Of a stretch of DNA of 64,000 bases, positions 38,833-48,388 are shown piece by piece (the first letter of the stretch is position 1; each line of letters opens with the position of its first letter). The translations under genes and the position numbers were made by a program. The notes under the pieces were generated by a model, which had not been told where the DNA came from, ran no database searches, and worked only from the letters and a program-made list of their open reading frames with translations. Where the stretch lies: the IMG/VR virus record IMGVR_UViG_3300029985_000042, positions 3,513-67,512 of that record, one strand, 5' to 3'. This DNA comes from a virus.

Positions 38833-39912
38833 ATGACATCGTTAAATATATCTAAAGATGAGTGGATTGAGTTAAATAATACTAAATCTAAGGATGAGAT
38901 TAAATTATATCTCCATGATTTGGTTGAAAAGAATAATATTCAACTACCGACTAGAGAAATTACATATGAGGAAATGTTGGAAGATTTTCAAGAATTATGT
39001 AAATTAGATTCATCGTCTTTAATTGTAGACTCCAAAGATTTTGTATTGAAATATGATTATAAATGGTTTCGGCCAAAATTTTATATAAAAAATTGTAATA
39101 TTGGAAACAAATCATCTGATTATTTCCATCAAGATAATAGATTGAAATGCAATTCTATCAATGCTCCATCTCCACATAGAAGCTGGAATAATAGAAAATT
39201 TAGAGATGGAATTTTCAATGCTTTTTGGACTTTAAAATTTAAAGAAATCAATTCTAATACCATTCGCCAAGCAATTGCACTTCGTAAATATACCGCTTCC
39301 CAATTTAGACCGAGTGCGGCAAAGTGTGTTTATGATTATTTTAAACCATATAGCGTGTTAGATTTTTCAAGTGGGTGGGGAGACCGATTAGCTGGATTTT
39401 ATGCTTCATCTGCGGATGGTTATACCGGAGTTGACCCTAATTTAGCATTATATGATGGGTATTCGGCTCAAGTTAAAGCATATCAATTTGAAGATTCTAA
39501 AACATCGGTCTTAAATCCAAAATGTGCCGAAGAGATGGACTATAACAATGAATTTGATTTAATATTCACTTCACCCCCATACTTTAATATAGAAAAATAT
39601 TCTGGAGATGATAAGCAATCATGTAAAAGATATAAGAAATGTGATATTTGGAATGAGAAATTTTTATTTGAATCTATTAAGAGAGCATGGAATGGATTAA
39701 TACCTAGTGGGGATTTGTTAATCAATATTTCCGACGTATATTCTGGTCATACTATAAATAAAATATGTGACCCCATGAATGATTTTATAAATACATTGGA
39801 AGGTGCATCTTATCAAGGAACCATTGGATATCAAATGGCTAAACGCCCAAATAGTAAATCGGTTAAATCTGGAGTTTTTTGTGAACCTATGTGGCACTGG
39901 AAAAAAATTTAA
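38833..39912 (+). CDS. DNA amino-methyltransferase 1
   Basis: QFRPSAAK; LDFSSGWGDRL (motif I); FTSPPYF (motif IV). Confidence 0.85.
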   Translation: MTSLNISKDEWIELNNTKSKDEIKLYLHDLVEKNNIQLPTREITYEEMLEDFQELCKLDSSSLIVDSKDFVLKYDYKWFRPKFYIKNCNIGNKSSDYFHQDNRLKCNSINAPSPHRSWNNRKFRDGIFNAFWTLKFKEINSNTIRQAIALRKYTASQFRPSAAKCVYDYFKPYSVLDFSSGWGDRLAGFYASSADGYTGVDPNLALYDGYSAQVKAYQFEDSKTSVLNPKCAEEMDYNNEFDLIFTSPPYFNIEKYSGDDKQSCKRYKKCDIWNEKFLFESIKRAWNGLIPSGDLLINISDVYSGHTINKICDPMNDFINTLEGASYQGTIGYQMAKRPNSKSVKSGVFCEPMWHWKKI

Positions 39913-39917
39913 ATAAT

Positions 39918-40421
39918 ATGAATAAAAGAAATTTTTTAAAATTTGGATTAACAATTTCTACTTTTTTTGGTATATGCCCGTCAATAGCATTATCTAATGA
40001 AGTTGATAAATCAATTATTACACCATATAAATCTGAATATTTTCCAGAGGATGGATTTGTAATTGAGCCGTCTAAGACGTTACTTGATAAGCATAATTTA
40101 CACTTGACGAAGTATCCGGTATTTATTTCCGACAAATTAACCACGGAAACAGTAAGAGCATATAAAACAAGATTTGGAGGTATACAAGAATTAACTGCAC
40201 CTATTCCAAAAACTTATTGTTCTGATGAATATATCGATGGTATTCTTGCATATGCTAAAAATGAACTCGGCGCAAAGACTATACATACAATAGCGGTGCA
40301 AAGAACTATATGCCTACAATGTTGTGGAAAATGTGAAAAAACTAATCAACGCATCAGTGTATTTATTAGATTTTCCGAAGAGGTTCCCAAGCAGAAATAT
40401 CCAATTGATAAATTTGTATGA
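39918..40421 (+). CDS. Hypothetical protein with Tat-like signal peptide
   Basis: MNKRNFLK, hydrophobic stretch, then ALS; ATG 39918. Confidence 0.5.
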   Translation: MNKRNFLKFGLTISTFFGICPSIALSNEVDKSIITPYKSEYFPEDGFVIEPSKTLLDKHNLHLTKYPVFISDKLTTETVRAYKTRFGGIQELTAPIPKTYCSDEYIDGILAYAKNELGAKTIHTIAVQRTICLQCCGKCEKTNQRISVFIRFSEEVPKQKYPIDKFV

Positions 40422-40469
40422 AAAGTAAAATTTAATTGACATTTTATAAATTTTCGATATACTCCTCAT

Positions 40470-40907
40470 ATGATTAAATATCCTACATCGTTCCAGACAG
40501 TTGATTGTTTTATTGTAAACAGAGCAAAAAACGAAATATTAATTGGCAGAAAACCAACCGAGAATAAATTTCGATTGCCCGGCGGATTTGTTGACCCGTC
40601 CGATTTGTCGTTGGAAGATGCCGCCAGACGAGAATTACATGAGGAAGTCGGAATAAATTTGGAATGTAGCCATCCACAATATCTCTTCAGCAATCGTCAA
40701 GATGACCCCCGTTATCGAGATAGTCAGGATAAAATTCTAACGGCAGTATTTGAATTTAATTATACATTTGGATTTGCTACGGCGGGCGATGACCTCAAAG
40801 AATGTGGCTGGTTTGGTGATTATTATATAAAACTAAACTATAAAGATTTAATCGTAGAAACTCATTGGCCTCTTATCGAAAAATTAATTGAACTCAGTGA
40901 AATTTAA
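40470..40907 (+). CDS. Nudix hydrolase (ADP-ribose pyrophosphatase-like, NadM C-terminal type)
   Basis: TVD; LPGGFVD....EDAARRELHEEVG Nudix box; DDPRYR; AGDD. Confidence 0.85.
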   Translation: MIKYPTSFQTVDCFIVNRAKNEILIGRKPTENKFRLPGGFVDPSDLSLEDAARRELHEEVGINLECSHPQYLFSNRQDDPRYRDSQDKILTAVFEFNYTFGFATAGDDLKECGWFGDYYIKLNYKDLIVETHWPLIEKLIELSEI

Positions 40908-40953
40908 CTCTTGACTTATTATAAATCTCTGATATCCTACTGAAAAATAAATT

Positions 40954-42324
40954 ATGAAAATGAATAAACTTAACAAACACAACCTGATTTTTACCCTGGA
41001 CTCATATAAGCAACTCCATAGTGAGATGTATATGCCAAATACTGAAGTCGTATATTCTTACCTAGAAGCAAGGAAGGGCGGGATGTATGATTATACTACA
41101 TTCTTTGGATTGCAATATATTCTAATCGAGTGGCTCGAAGGTGTCGTTCTGACGAAAGAATTAATCGATGAAGCCGAACCTATTCTAAAGGAACATTTTA
41201 AATTTAATGGTGATATTTGGAGTAGAGCCAAGTGGGACTATATTGTAGAAAAACATGGCGGTAAATTACCAATTAAAATTAAGGCCGTAAAAGAAGGAAA
41301 GAATTTTCCAATTGGAACTGTGTTGATGACGGTAGAGAACACTGACCCTAATTGTTTTTGGCTTACGAACGCTCTTGAAACATTGTTACAGCAAGTTTGG
41401 GCCGCTACGACAGTCTGCACTCGTAGCAATTATATTATCAATATTATCAAAGATTATTTCCAACAGACGGTTGATTATTCTAATCAATGGCTTGTTGACT
41501 ATTATTTGCATGATTTTTCCCAACGAGGATTGAGCGTCATGGAAGAAGCGGGTGTTTCTTGTTTGGCACATTTAGTCAACAGTAAGGGGACTGATAGTTT
41601 AATGGCACTTCCATATGCCATAAATTATTATGACGCTAATATCGATGGACTTGCTTATTCTGTGCCAGCGAGTGAACATAGTATTGGGACCGCACTTGGA
41701 ACGGGAGGAGAATTTGAAGTTACTAAACATTTAATTAAACAATATCCAACCGGAATTCTTTCAGTTGTATCGGATAGTTATAACATTACAAATGCAGTTA
41801 AGGTATATTGTAATGAATTAAAATCTGATATTATGGGTAGAAATGGAAAATTTGTAATTCGGCCTGACAGTCCCCGATTTGAAGGAGATACTCCTGAAGC
41901 ACAAGTATTATGGATTGCACAACAATTATGGGACGGTTTCGGTGGAACTATAAATTCGAAGAGTTATAAAGTATTAGATAGCCATGTTGGAATTATTTAT
42001 GGAGACTCGTTGACCGAACACGACATTAAAAATATTTTGGAAACATTAAAAGTTAATGGATTTAGTGCTGAAACTTGCGTGTTCGGATGTGGTTCATATC
42101 TCGTAAGAAAATTAAATAGAGATACCCAGAGATTTGCATTTAAATGCTCGGCACAAAAAAGAGATGGAGTTTGGCATGATATTTACAAAACTCCGTTGGA
42201 TATGTCGAAGGCGAGTAAACGTGGACGATTTGATGATAACCAAGACCTAGAAACGGTATTTATCGATGGTGAAATCACCAAGCGGTATACATTTGAACAA
42301 GTAAGGAAGAATAGTTGGCTATGA
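40954..42324 (+). CDS. nadV: Nicotinamide phosphoribosyltransferase family protein (NAMPT/NadV or Namat-like)
   Basis: DSYK.H..Y; FFGLQY; LETLL; HDFSQRG; SVPASEHS; SVVSDSY; IRPDS; RDT..FAFK; KASKRG. Confidence 0.9.
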   Translation: MKMNKLNKHNLIFTLDSYKQLHSEMYMPNTEVVYSYLEARKGGMYDYTTFFGLQYILIEWLEGVVLTKELIDEAEPILKEHFKFNGDIWSRAKWDYIVEKHGGKLPIKIKAVKEGKNFPIGTVLMTVENTDPNCFWLTNALETLLQQVWAATTVCTRSNYIINIIKDYFQQTVDYSNQWLVDYYLHDFSQRGLSVMEEAGVSCLAHLVNSKGTDSLMALPYAINYYDANIDGLAYSVPASEHSIGTALGTGGEFEVTKHLIKQYPTGILSVVSDSYNITNAVKVYCNELKSDIMGRNGKFVIRPDSPRFEGDTPEAQVLWIAQQLWDGFGGTINSKSYKVLDSHVGIIYGDSLTEHDIKNILETLKVNGFSAETCVFGCGSYLVRKLNRDTQRFAFKCSAQKRDGVWHDIYKTPLDMSKASKRGRFDDNQDLETVFIDGEITKRYTFEQVRKNSWL

Positions 42325-43146
42325 GTTAATGATTTTAATCATTCGTTCGGTTTTTCTTTTTAATCCTATAGAATTGTTTATAGGATTAAAATAATTTATT
42401 AGTTTTTTAACTCCATCTTTATTCTGTATCATTACACATGAATATTTGTTTCCTGTTTTTTCTATTATTCGATATAATTTATTGATTATATTTAATTCTT
42501 TTAGTAAAGACTGAATATCTGTCCAATCTTGTTGATACGTTCCTGAAAATTTAAATGAATTATATTTTGTTTTTTTTGTAATACACCCGTCTCCGTCGAA
42601 ATAACCTCTCCAGAAATACATTTTTAAATTATCCGGTATTGTATTTAGTATTTTGGTAGGAGTTGTGCTAGATTTTATATTATAATCATTATTTTTTAAA
42701 AAATTAAAAAGTTCTTTGTTATTTGTGCTAATTGATGATACTGGTTTCCAATCCTTCCGAACTCTATTTTGAATACACCATTTTCCTAATTTGTTTATAT
42801 ACGGCAAAATATCATTCATATCTTTCGAGTTAATTTCCAATGATATTCGATGATGATTTATCTTATTTGATTTATAGCTTATAATATTTCCATCAGCCCA
42901 TAAAAACCCCAGAAAATAAGCAGTCTCCATCTTGTCTATGGTTAAGAATTGATTTATATTGATATTCATCATAGATGGGTGTTTAGATAAATATTTACCA
43001 GTTCTTTGTTGTATTTTATATCGTTTTACGACAGGATATAAACAATATGCTGGTCTATTTAATATTTTAGAGCAATAACACGCTCCATATTTTGGGTAAT
43101 TAGTTCGTAGGAACTCTATTTCTTCGATTGTATATTTTTTATTCAT
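42319..43146 (-). CDS. Free-standing LAGLIDADG homing endonuclease
   Basis: AYFLGFLWADG and FWRGYFDGDG; LKRK; paralog of 32850..33887. Confidence 0.85.
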   Translation of the reverse strand: MNKKYTIEEIEFLRTNYPKYGACYCSKILNRPAYCLYPVVKRYKIQQRTGKYLSKHPSMMNININQFLTIDKMETAYFLGFLWADGNIISYKSNKINHHRISLEINSKDMNDILPYINKLGKWCIQNRVRKDWKPVSSISTNNKELFNFLKNNDYNIKSSTTPTKILNTIPDNLKMYFWRGYFDGDGCITKKTKYNSFKFSGTYQQDWTDIQSLLKELNIINKLYRIIEKTGNKYSCVMIQNKDGVKKLINYFNPINNSIGLKRKTERMIKIINS

Positions 43147-43222
43147 ATACCATATATATCACGAACATTTGAAAATATCGAATAAATCTTGACTTATTTT
43201 TGAACTCTGATATTATCAACCA

Positions 43223-43702
43223 ATGATTACTACTGATACACATGTATATTTTTGGAATGGCATTTATTCCAATTGGGATAATTGTCATTTCAATGACCCA
43301 ATTGCTGGTCTTAAATTTGAGAACACCGAACAAGCTTTTATGTGGTATAAAGCAGATTGTTTTAACGATGATGAAACTAAAAAACTAGTAGCTAAAACTC
43401 CAAATCCAAAAGAAGTTAAAGCACTCGGTAGAAAGATTGCATCTTATAACGAAGAAGTTTGGGTTGACCGTAGATTTAATTATATGGTCTATGTAAATGA
43501 ATTAAAATTTACTCAAAATCCATATTACGGACAAACTTTAAAAAATACCGGAACTAGAATTCTCGTAGAAGCATCTCCATATGACAAAATTTGGGGAGTC
43601 GGATTACTTGAGACTGACCCCTTAATTTTTGACGAAAAGAATTGGAAGGGACTAAATCTACTTGGTAAAGCATTAATGGAAGTTAGACATAGACATTTTT
43701 AA
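43223..43702 (+). CDS. NADAR (YbiA-like) protein
   Basis: SNW; EQAFMWYKA; KALGR; KFTQN; LVEASPYDKIWGVG; GLNLLGKALMEVR. Confidence 0.92.
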   Translation: MITTDTHVYFWNGIYSNWDNCHFNDPIAGLKFENTEQAFMWYKADCFNDDETKKLVAKTPNPKEVKALGRKIASYNEEVWVDRRFNYMVYVNELKFTQNPYYGQTLKNTGTRILVEASPYDKIWGVGLLETDPLIFDEKNWKGLNLLGKALMEVRHRHF

Positions 43703-43706
43703 TATT

Positions 43707-43976
43707 ATGACAGCATCCGAAGCAAGACAACATACGGAAAATTCACTGCGAAAAAACGGCTCTACCGAACTTGAAAAAATTTTCAGTCTTATTAAGACCA
43801 AATCCATTAACGGAGAATCTTGGGCAAGATATGACTTAGACAATTCAAAAATCGAAGCCCCACTACGAGAAACAATTATAGCTGCATTAAAACGTGATGG
43901 ATTTACGGTAGTATACTGTAATGAATATGACCAGCGGGATGGTGATAGTTGGAATTATCTATCAATAAGCTGGTAA
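43707..43976 (+). CDS. Small hypothetical protein
   Basis: MTASEAR...LKRDGF...ISW. Confidence 0.6.
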   Translation: MTASEARQHTENSLRKNGSTELEKIFSLIKTKSINGESWARYDLDNSKIEAPLRETIIAALKRDGFTVVYCNEYDQRDGDSWNYLSISW

Positions 43977-44049
43977 TTTAATTGACAAGTCGTAAACTTC
44001 TGATATACTCTATTTATGAGTTTAAAAATTTTTAGTGTATATTCGTATT

Positions 44050-45060
44050 ATGAACATTTTCATTAACAAAAAACAATGGTCTCAATTTAACGAGACTGAA
44101 ATGGTAAATTTTAAAGATAATATCTTTAATCATTATAGAACATATGGATTCCCATATTTTAATCTATGTAGAGAAGAACGAAAAATAATATTTGAAAAAT
44201 TAAAATCGTTTAATTCGTCTACTTTGCTACAAGATGGAAATAAGTTAAAACAGGTAATGCTTGGGTTAAATTTAGCCAATCATTATATGCCTCATATGTG
44301 GGATGTTAAATGTAATGGATTTGTATCTCCAATGGAAACTTATTTGGATGATATTAAATTTAAAAAGGCAATTGATAAGAGAATTAAACTTGGTGATAAT
44401 ATATCAAATGCCGGAATTAGAAAAGCATTGTGCTGGTCAAATGGGTCGCAAAGAGTTAGTAATTTTAGGCCGACTGTAGCCAAGTATATTTACGATAACT
44501 ATTCGGGCGAAGGAAACGTATTGGATTTTTCTTCTGGATATGGTGGGAGATTATTGGGAGCATTGTCATCTAATAGGGTTAAATATTATTATGGTTATGA
44601 ACCGTGTATTAAAACCAGAACATGTTTATATCAAATCTATGATGATATAGATAATAATACCAATTCTATTAATATTCCATTTACAGTATCACCCAGTCCA
44701 TTCGAAGACTCCTATAATTCTGATAGTGTATTTGATTTGGCATTCTCATCTCCACCATATTTCCGGACAGAAATTTATAGTGATGAGGATACTCAATCAT
44801 GTAATCGGTATAAAACCAAAGAAGAATGGAAAGAAAAATTTCTAAAAGTATTAATTGAGAAGTGTTATTCATTTCTAAAGGACGGAGGAATATTTGCGAT
44901 AAATGTAGCAAACGTAAAGACTTATCCGGACTTAGAAAAAGACACGTTACAATTGGCAAATGAAATTGGGTTTACGTTGATTAAGACTTATCAGATGAGT
45001 TTATCAGCACTCATGAAATCGGGCTACAAATATGAACCAATATTTGTATTTAAGAAGTAA
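44050..45060 (+). CDS. DNA amino-methyltransferase 2
   Basis: NFRPTVAK; LDFSSGYGGRL; FSSPPYF; EPIFVFKK. Confidence 0.85.
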   Translation: MNIFINKKQWSQFNETEMVNFKDNIFNHYRTYGFPYFNLCREERKIIFEKLKSFNSSTLLQDGNKLKQVMLGLNLANHYMPHMWDVKCNGFVSPMETYLDDIKFKKAIDKRIKLGDNISNAGIRKALCWSNGSQRVSNFRPTVAKYIYDNYSGEGNVLDFSSGYGGRLLGALSSNRVKYYYGYEPCIKTRTCLYQIYDDIDNNTNSINIPFTVSPSPFEDSYNSDSVFDLAFSSPPYFRTEIYSDEDTQSCNRYKTKEEWKEKFLKVLIEKCYSFLKDGGIFAINVANVKTYPDLEKDTLQLANEIGFTLIKTYQMSLSALMKSGYKYEPIFVFKK

Positions 45061-45281
45061 TGATTATTAAAGACTCTATCAGAGGAAAAATAATAGATAC
45101 TACCAAACTGTCGGATGCCGACGCATTATTAATGGAAAAAGTTGAAGAATTAACTCTTCTTTGTCAACGATATGGATATCGAAGTGTTTTAATGATAGAA
45201 CAGAAAAGCAGCAATACGTTTTGGACACGATTTACGTGTAGAGGAATATCTACATGGAAATTTTCTACAACGTCCCTATAA
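45060..45281 (+). CDS. Hypothetical protein, probably truncated
   Basis: ORF track; ends just before the RHH-HNH cassette. Confidence 0.35.
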   Translation: MIIKDSIRGKIIDTTKLSDADALLMEKVEELTLLCQRYGYRSVLMIEQKSSNTFWTRFTCRGISTWKFSTTSL

Positions 45282-45361
45282 TCATTTATAAAATTAACTT
45301 CTCAATAATAATTATTTTCACATTTATGTGATTTTGGCATTTCTCACTTATATTTATAAGT

Positions 45362-45511
45362 ATGAAACCAATAAAATCAAAAAACATAAATATAAACGAA
45401 GACCTTCATACTAAGTATAAGACCTACTGTTCTTCCAAAAAATTAAAACTTAATAACTTCGTCGAAGAGGTGTTGGAAGCATATTATAACTCCAAACTAA
45501 AGGAGAAGTGA
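45362..45511 (+). CDS. Unannotated ribbon-helix-helix protein (49 aa)
   Basis: MKPIKSKNININEDLHTKYKTYCSSKKLKLNNFVEEVLEAYYNSKLKEK; clearly similar to 33884..34036; late motif at 45350. Confidence 0.75.
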   Translation: MKPIKSKNININEDLHTKYKTYCSSKKLKLNNFVEEVLEAYYNSKLKEK

Positions 45512-45512
45512 T

Positions 45513-46160
45513 ATGACTAAAGAAGAAAAAAAATTTCACAAACGAGAATATAACAAACTATGGAGAAATACTCTTACAGATTCTGAAAAAGAAGATTTGA
45601 GACTTAAAAAGCGGGAATATAATAAAAAACATTATCTTGAACATAGAGATGTTGAATTGGAGAGGAAACGGGAATATAGTCGAGGCCGCAGGGCAAGACT
45701 ATCTGATGAGCAGCGATTACATCATAACAAAGTCCAACGAGAATATAATAAGAATAATCGAAGTAAAATAAACAATATAAAAAATAAATATGACAAGAGT
45801 AAAAAAGGATATGAATGTCGAATTAAAAATTCATATGGGCTGACCTATAATGACGTAAAACAATTATTCTTATATCAAAATGGTAAATGTTTCATATGCA
45901 AATCTATATTTAAAAATAAAAATGATATGAATATTGACCACAATCACTCCAATGGTAAAGTTCGTCAATTGTTATGTCGCTCATGCAATAGAGGGCTTGG
46001 GTGTTTTTACGAAAATATTAATTCTTTTGAAAATGCATTGGAGTATTTAAAGAAATGGAATGAATCCCCAAATGTTAAAATAGAACAGGTGACACCCTTA
46101 AATTCTTTAGAATTTGAAAAATTTATGGGACATGAAGTTCAAACTTTCGATGTAAACTAA
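45513..46160 (+). CDS. Endonuclease VII-like HNH homing endonuclease
   Basis: YGLT...QNGKCFIC...IDHNHSNGKVRQLLCRSCNRGLG; basic KREYNK repeats. Confidence 0.85.
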   Translation: MTKEEKKFHKREYNKLWRNTLTDSEKEDLRLKKREYNKKHYLEHRDVELERKREYSRGRRARLSDEQRLHHNKVQREYNKNNRSKINNIKNKYDKSKKGYECRIKNSYGLTYNDVKQLFLYQNGKCFICKSIFKNKNDMNIDHNHSNGKVRQLLCRSCNRGLGCFYENINSFENALEYLKKWNESPNVKIEQVTPLNSLEFEKFMGHEVQTFDVN

Positions 46161-46162
46161 TA

Positions 46163-46681
46163 TTACATCACGCTTGGAGTAGAACCAATCTCTGGTGGAG
46201 TCTGAGGAGTTCCTGCAATTGTAGTAGTGGTAGACGGGATTGTGTTCATACTTTCTGCTAATTCTTTCAAATTATAATATCGAGAAAGTGTATTTCCTAT
46301 GTCCTCGTGCGCCACCCGCAATTGTTGCATTTTAGCATAACACTCTTTAGCAATCTTAGTATGTTCTGAGATTCTTTTATTAACATTGGCAAAGTCCTTC
46401 TTGATTATGTCTGTTTGAAAGCAATCTCCGCACTCGTGAATTGCGTAATTCGACGCCAATTCGCATAATTCCGTCATGTTCTTCGTCGACTCTAAAATAG
46501 CGGCTTCATTTTTAAACACTTCACCAAATTTTTCAAATTGAGAAGCCATCTCCATCAATCTCTTTTTCTGCTCCGGCGTTAATTTTTTCGGCTCGTTATC
46601 AAATCCAGTTGTAGTTGAAATTTTATCAAAATTTTCGACAATTTGTTTTAATGATAGCTTGTTGTTTTTTGGTGTGCTCAT
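46163..46681 (-). CDS. Helical head-module hypothetical protein
   Basis: ORF track; LKQIVE leader; EDIG..LSRYY; late motif at 46686. Confidence 0.6.
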   Translation of the reverse strand: MSTPKNNKLSLKQIVENFDKISTTTGFDNEPKKLTPEQKKRLMEMASQFEKFGEVFKNEAAILESTKNMTELCELASNYAIHECGDCFQTDIIKKDFANVNKRISEHTKIAKECYAKMQQLRVAHEDIGNTLSRYYNLKELAESMNTIPSTTTTIAGTPQTPPEIGSTPSVM

Positions 46682-46710
46682 AATAATAAGTATATTTGAA
46701 ATTTGGTTTA

Positions 46711-47031
46711 TTACTTTCTTTTGTCAATCTCTTCCTGTTCATAAGAATCGAAGAATGATACCATATCTTTAAAATCTTTAAATGTTTTTACACTCTTGTC
46801 GGGTTCTTCTAAATGAAAAGTTTCTTCGGATTTCTTATCGTCTGGGCTATCTTTCTTTTTATAAATTGTAATATGTGGGGGTTTTGGAGTTGACATTTTA
46901 AAATCATCTTCAAATATAAATCCCATATTATGTAAATAATCTACTTCTGGAAGTCTCCAAGAATCTATTTCTATCATTCCAGATTTATTTTCTGTAGCGA
47001 CGGAATTCAATAGTTCTTTTAGTAATATCAT
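46711..47031 (-). CDS. Hypothetical protein with MILLKELL leader
   Basis: ORF track; late motif at 47037. Confidence 0.55.
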   Translation of the reverse strand: MILLKELLNSVATENKSGMIEIDSWRLPEVDYLHNMGFIFEDDFKMSTPKPPHITIYKKKDSPDDKKSEETFHLEEPDKSVKTFKDFKDMVSFFDSYEQEEIDKRK

Positions 47032-47043
47032 AATATATAAATA

Positions 47044-47760
47044 TCAAAATATATGTGCAGATGCTATTTTAATTGCGGTTTCTTCTGATATGTTTACATC
47101 GTTACTCCAAACGTCAGCGACCGAATTTAAAATGTTTATTGATGCTGGCAATGTCCCAAACTTAGACTGTAGAATAATTTTATTTATTGGAAATTTATAT
47201 CTATTACTCAATCGTCCTTTTAAATTACCATTCCACTCATGTATTCTTGCGGTTAATGTCTTAGACGATACATTTACCAAATTAAACTCCGATAATAAAG
47301 TGTGTATCTTATCTCTTCCTATTTTAGTAGTTAACTTTAAAATTAACTGTTTTACAGGCTCTTCTATTTGTTTATATCCAAAATTATCAATCCCAATTGA
47401 TTTTTCTCTTGTTTTATTTGATAATGCGACTGCCGAGCGTATTTTATCTTTAATTTCAGATGGAAGTTTATGGTATAAGTTAACATCATTTGACCCATTC
47501 CCACCAGCGGAAATATTATATCCTATATTCTTATCTGTAGAATTTAACATCTTTATCCAATAAATCTCTCGCTCATTTAATTGATTGTTGGAATTACAAT
47601 ACTCTAATATTTCTTTTTTAAAATTTTTCTTTTTATATTTTTTAATTGCACTTCGCAATATTATTCCAGACCCAAAATAAAGTGGATTATTAGTTGCGTT
47701 TTTACCAACGTAAATCTTTCCATTTATATTGTTTGTGATTTTATATATAACACCAATCAT
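47044..47760 (-). CDS. GIY-YIG homing endonuclease
   Basis: GVIYKITNNINGKIYVG...YFGSG...FKKEILE...EREIYWI...GYN; ATG 47760 follows the late motif at 47767. Confidence 0.8.
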   Translation of the reverse strand: MIGVIYKITNNINGKIYVGKNATNNPLYFGSGIILRSAIKKYKKKNFKKEILEYCNSNNQLNEREIYWIKMLNSTDKNIGYNISAGGNGSNDVNLYHKLPSEIKDKIRSAVALSNKTREKSIGIDNFGYKQIEEPVKQLILKLTTKIGRDKIHTLLSEFNLVNVSSKTLTARIHEWNGNLKGRLSNRYKFPINKIILQSKFGTLPASINILNSVADVWSNDVNISEETAIKIASAHIF

Positions 47761-47785
47761 ATGAGTATAAATATAATCCAAAACC

Positions 47786-48388
47786 TTATATATCAAGTTT
47801 TATTAAAAACTCCGACAAAATCTTCGCACCGTCAGTTTCTCCCACGAATGGAACACTTTTAATTACTTCCAGTGAATTGTCAATTTTAGGAGTTTCTGGT
47901 TGAGTTGGTTGAGTTGGTTGAGCCGGTTGGGGCTGTTCATCTGCTTCCTGTAAATTATTTTCTTGACCTTGTGATTGACCTGATGAACTCTCCGATGACG
48001 TATTTTTTGAAAACGCAGTCCAACAAAATTGATTTCCTTCTTTCAATTTTTTAATAATAGTAGTATTATTGTTTGAAAAATCATCGGTAGACTCATATTT
48101 TATCATGAAATCTGTAAATTCAACGGGTTTTGCCGATGTATAATTTGTTACTGCTTGCTTTTCTTGCGGCAAAAATTGCAATCCACGATGTTGAGCCACA
48201 TAACTATTAAACTCGGAGTTGGTATTAAATTTTTTAGAAATAACATTTAAATTTAGATTTTCATTCTCGCAAATGATTGATTTATATGATTTTTTGTATT
48301 CTTTCAATATTTTTAACAACTTTTTTTTCCCATTGAAATCAAGAGAATTCCTTGATTTTATTATAGTTTTTAGTTTTTTATTATTCAT
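47786..48388 (-). CDS. Hypothetical late protein
   Basis: ORF track; QP-rich linker; late motif at 48395; divergent from the scaffold gene. Confidence 0.55.
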   Translation of the reverse strand: MNNKKLKTIIKSRNSLDFNGKKKLLKILKEYKKSYKSIICENENLNLNVISKKFNTNSEFNSYVAQHRGLQFLPQEKQAVTNYTSAKPVEFTDFMIKYESTDDFSNNNTTIIKKLKEGNQFCWTAFSKNTSSESSSGQSQGQENNLQEADEQPQPAQPTQPTQPETPKIDNSLEVIKSVPFVGETDGAKILSEFLIKLDI

